From Setoptus koraiensis (Eukaryota; Animalia; Arthropoda): a stretch of DNA of 63,879 nt. The translations under genes were made by a program, and so were the position numbers. The notes under the pieces were generated by a model. It saw only the letters and a program-made list of their open reading frames with translations, did not search any database and had not been told where the DNA came from. Shown here piece by piece: positions 60,406 through 63,879 of the stretch. The stretch lies in NCBI GenBank assembly GCA_048013815.1, contig CM106586.1, positions 23,746,122 to 23,810,000 of the forward strand, written 5' to 3'. Each line of letters starts with the position of its first letter. The first letter of the stretch is position 1.

Positions 60406-60975
60406 CTATATATAGTTTGTATAACTATTATTGTTGTTATTGTTAGTATTAGAGTATCCTTGCGATAAGTGACTTTTGATGGTTGACAATTCCTGAATGA
60501 GTTTACTATTTTGGGCCATGAGCTCACTATTTTGAGCCACAAGCTCACTATTCTGAGCGATGAGCTTACTATTTTGAAGCTTGAGCTCCTTTATTGTGTC
60601 CTCCTTCCTCTGTCGACATCTGGCTGCGGCCAAACGATTTGCCTCGCGTTTCTCTTCTTTGCTCGCCCGGCGAATCTTTTGTGGTTTCGTTGTAACATGA
60701 TTGATTACCGGTTTTTGATCGCACGGGGGCCCTGGAATGCCTGGCTGATTTGTACTGTATTGACATGTATTGTACATATTTGATTGATCTGTAATTGATG
60801 TGGCTTGATCATCAACAACCTTGTCTGGCAATGGTTTGAAGGGACTACTGTTGAATAAGGTGGCCCATTCTGGGAAAATGTGCGGTGATAGGAATACCAG
60901 ATTTGGCGTATCCAATACGTCTGTCGGAATACATCTCTTGTCGTCAAAGTTTAAAAAGAGTCTATCGGAGTCCAT
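60406..60975 (-). CDS. bZIP transcription factor of the Jun/ATF (AP-1) group, 189 aa, intronless
   Basis: Basic region KREANRLAAARCRQRK, a zipper containing the Jun-like AQNSEL heptad, and an N-terminal DVLDTPNLVFLSP reminiscent of Jun SP/TP sites. First ATG is MDSDRL. Confidence 0.8.
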   Translation of the reverse strand: MDSDRLFLNFDDKRCIPTDVLDTPNLVFLSPHIFPEWATLFNSSPFKPLPDKVVDDQATSITDQSNMYNTCQYSTNQPGIPGPPCDQKPVINHVTTKPQKIRRASKEEKREANRLAAARCRQRKEDTIKELKLQNSKLIAQNSELVAQNSELMAQNSKLIQELSTIKSHLSQGYSNTNNNNNNSYTNYI

Positions 60976-61360
60976 TATCGTTGTTGTCGGGATGAGTTGA
61001 AAAAGGTGAATGATGCCAATTGGCAACCTGCTGACCAAATTTATACTCTATCGAATCCACCCAGTCTTAGCATCTTCCTATTTGATGTGATATTCCCGGT
61101 AATCTGGTGACCGGGAAACAAAACAAAACCAAACATAGACAGACAGTCTATGTCTACGACAGTCTGTTTGTCTACGTTTGTTTCCATCAACCCATCATGG
61201 TAGCAGACCAACCAACCTGTCAAAGATCAACATCTAGATAGCGCACTCATTGTTTTAATCGTATTAAACCAGGATTAGCGATTTTAAATGAAAATTGTCG
61301 TTTGATCTTCTGATAAAAGCACCTGCAAACTATACAAAGCATCTATTTTCGCCTTCATTT

Positions 61361-61462
61361 ATGACTCATTTGTTTACATCCTAGATTGAGATCGAAGCAG
61401 TTGTGGTGTTGATCTCGCAGTAGATACATTGAAACTTTTCGTGGCCGGCGGTGATGAGTCAT
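61361..61462. promoter_or_regulatory. Two perfect AP-1 sites (ATGACTCAT 61361-61369; ATGAGTCAT 61454-61462) upstream of the bZIP gene
   Basis: Exact ATGASTCAT matches; function inferred. Confidence 0.35.
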
Positions 61463-63647
61463 TCTTGGAATGGTGCTTACAATAGTCTAGCTCGTGGCCA
61501 TGCGAACAGTTAGATCCGTTTGCATGATCGCTCATTAGCATAACTGATAGTACTTTCAGTGTGCCAATAATTGTTACTGAACAGCCAAAAATGGCCAATA
61601 AAAGAGCATAGATTTTCTTCCTTGAGAACAATCTTCCAGATTCCAATTTAATATAGCATAATGATGGCAAAATAAATGCCAATGGCAGAGCAGTGGCAAC
61701 ACCCTGCAGCATCGATTATGATTCGATCGATGATAACGTTCGAGATTGAAAGAAGATCGTTGTCAATATCTCGTACTTGATTGGGAAGAGCAGATTCAAC
61801 AGCAGGTTCGATAGAAAATGATTGTTAGACACGGGTACTTAGGTACTTACATTCAACTCTAGCACTACGCCAAGACAATCGGTCAGTGTTGACAACAAGA
61901 ACGTTACCGATGCAATTGAGATGGTTATCATGAGATGATGAGAGCGTGTCAGCAACTCTTTACATGGCCAAAATAGATTCTCCAGTACCTCCCTGACAAC
62001 AAAACACTCAATAGGATATGTCAGCATGATAGTTATGGTGAATAATAGACGAGCTAAATTAGCGCCATAATCATCGAGACAAAAATTCTCAAATAAATCC
62101 CCTTGGCTAAATGATTTAAATGTTGCATAACCAGCAATACCAAATACAACAACTATGAAGCATGATATTCCTACACTTGCGTGTGTCACCTTGTCCCATC
62201 TTAATTGTGTCGGATTCTCTAGGCTACCGTACAACAAAAAAGAGCTATGGTGACACATATAAGCAAAACAAATGATACCAATCGATTGTGTGATGTCGTT
62301 ACCAATAAAAGTGTACGAGTCGTCGTTGGTTCCAACTAGATTTGACATACGATCAAATCTCATTATAACAAACAATGTTACATAGATGATCAAACAAAGC
62401 GACACCATCGACACCTGATAGATAAATCATGTGTAAATTTAAATGATTGATTGTTGGTAGATAAACAAACAATGGTGAACCATGCATCCGTCTGTCAACA
62501 AATAGACATATATTAACATACTGATTAAGTAATGTATAATCGTTAGTTAACTCACCTTCGACATCTTTGCAATATCTTTCTGGAGCGACAGTGGAAGTGT
62601 AACAAATATGGTGGATAAAAATACAATAGAATTTCTATTTGCCAGTATGTGGGAGTGGCTCACTGCGGGGGAAATTGTTGAAATCAATCAAAATTGATTA
62701 ATCAATTAATTAGCATGGATGCATGGATATAACTTTAACTGACAGGGATGCAATTCAATATTAGTTCTTACAAGCGAATATCCATCGGAAGACCTTTGTA
62801 ACGGTGTCGCCAATAATCACGTTGTAACTTATCATTGCTTTTTTGCAATTGTCGATGATTCGATGTGGACGAGACCCATTAAAGAAATGTCAAATCAATT
62901 AATTGTAGTCAATTAGGATGAACAGTGAAAAACAGTAAAATCTAATCGTTTTAAACATCTATATGAAGTACCAGGTACATACCAATGAAAGGGTAAACAA
63001 ACTGTAACAGTGTCAATAGGTAAAATCCTGGCCGCCCGAACGCCACATGAACCAAATCCTGATAAGATGTTACGCCGGCCAGGTTGGCTGATTTGACTAA
63101 TAGACTGAGAGAATAATCTGTAACTATTGCCAAACCAATTAAAAGAAACAAACCAAAACCAAAGCCGGCCTTATGCAACGCGTAAGGTATACCAACGATA
63201 CCTGAACCTAAGATACTGTTCACATAGTTGAGACCAATATGATTCAGACTAGTAGTAGTGGGCCCATCTATTTGCTGAATGGTTGCGCCATTGTTTGTTG
63301 TGATCAAATTCTTCAAGTCATTTTGGTTGTGCTCGTAGAATTGGCTCTCGATATTGCTATTGTTTGTGGCCTCGGTGGCCGAGGGTGAGGTGCCACTTAT
63401 CTGCAAAAATCAAGAGTATGAATGAATAAGAATGAGAATCGATAGTCAGCTATGCAAATGTCAAACAAACATAAGAACATGTATATGCAGTGAGGATAGG
63501 ATTTGTTGTGCGTACCGTCGATAGGTTTGCTGGATTTCTATTTCCATTATCTTGGCTAACACTCTTGGTGCTGCCGTTGTTATTGTTGTTGGATGACGTA
63601 GATATTGGCTTGAGGATGTGGGCCGATTCCTCTCTAGTGGTTGCCAT
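61374..63647 (-). CDS. SLC38A11: Sodium-coupled neutral amino acid transporter 11-like; exons 63647-63516, 63400-62983, 62837-62772, 62662-62556, 62414-61851 and 61703-61374; 538 aa
   Basis: NSILGSGIVGIPY, LQFVYPFIAMISYNVIIGDT, FAYMCHHSSFLLYGSL, QGDLFENFC, LTYPIECFVVREV and CSHGHELDYC. All five introns are GT-AG and keep frame (1617 nt). Confidence 0.93.
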
Positions 63648-63879
63648 TTTTAGAGAGTATCCAGTATATTAGATTTGTGTCTCCTCTATTTTGCCCTGTT
63701 CTATAAGTTGTTGGATGTTCGGTCAGTCAAATACGAGAAACAATTGATGCAATGATGTTAGCTGCTATTTTACGTCGTTTCGTTTGGTGGTTTCGTAAAG
63801 TTAATTTTAGCTCTGCGTTGATTTATGATCTGATTAATTGGTTGTGATGACATTAGGGAGATGCCCCCACAAATAGTGC

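Noticed and set aside
1-63879. Transposons, horizontally transferred or viral genes
   Set aside because: No transposase, reverse transcriptase, integrase or bacterial-like ORF, and no terminal-inverted-repeat/target-site-duplication pair was seen.

Overview
Eukaryotic (animal) genomic DNA from a very compact, intron-poor genome. AP-2 is metazoan-specific. Short intergenic spacers, mostly 77-184 nt introns and polyQ/H-laden transcription factors resemble eriophyoid mite genomes, but that assignment is inference. The window has three parts. (1) 1-14.5 kb is a dense housekeeping block: DNAJB9, BCCIP, EF1A, PFDN1, EHD1, a PFDN1 pseudogene, RPL37A, two orphan coiled-coil genes and a PTPN23/HD-PTP lacking its phosphatase domain. 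(2) 14.5-56.7 kb is a 42-kb GC/CpG-richer, repeat-rich region holding one recognisable gene, a polyQ/H-expanded AP-2. (3) 56.7-63.9 kb is a second dense block: RPL5, a short FIRRM/C1orf112-like gene, an orphan secreted protein, a Jun/ATF-type bZIP and SLC38A11. No prokaryotic features, CRISPR array, tRNA, rRNA or transposase were found. The strongest leads are: about 10-fold enrichment of PAR/C-EBP bZIP octamers (TTACGTAA family) confined to the AP-2 region; a Jun-like zipper rebuilt from four tandem 21-bp heptads with Asn at four consecutive a positions; EHD1 flanked by inverted PFDN1 copies (staggered-break inversion signature); slippage-built homotypic motif arrays, including a Six/so array; and a 56-nt symmetric hairpin. 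All counts were made by eye and are minimum values; all protein identifications come from recalled family motifs, not database searches.
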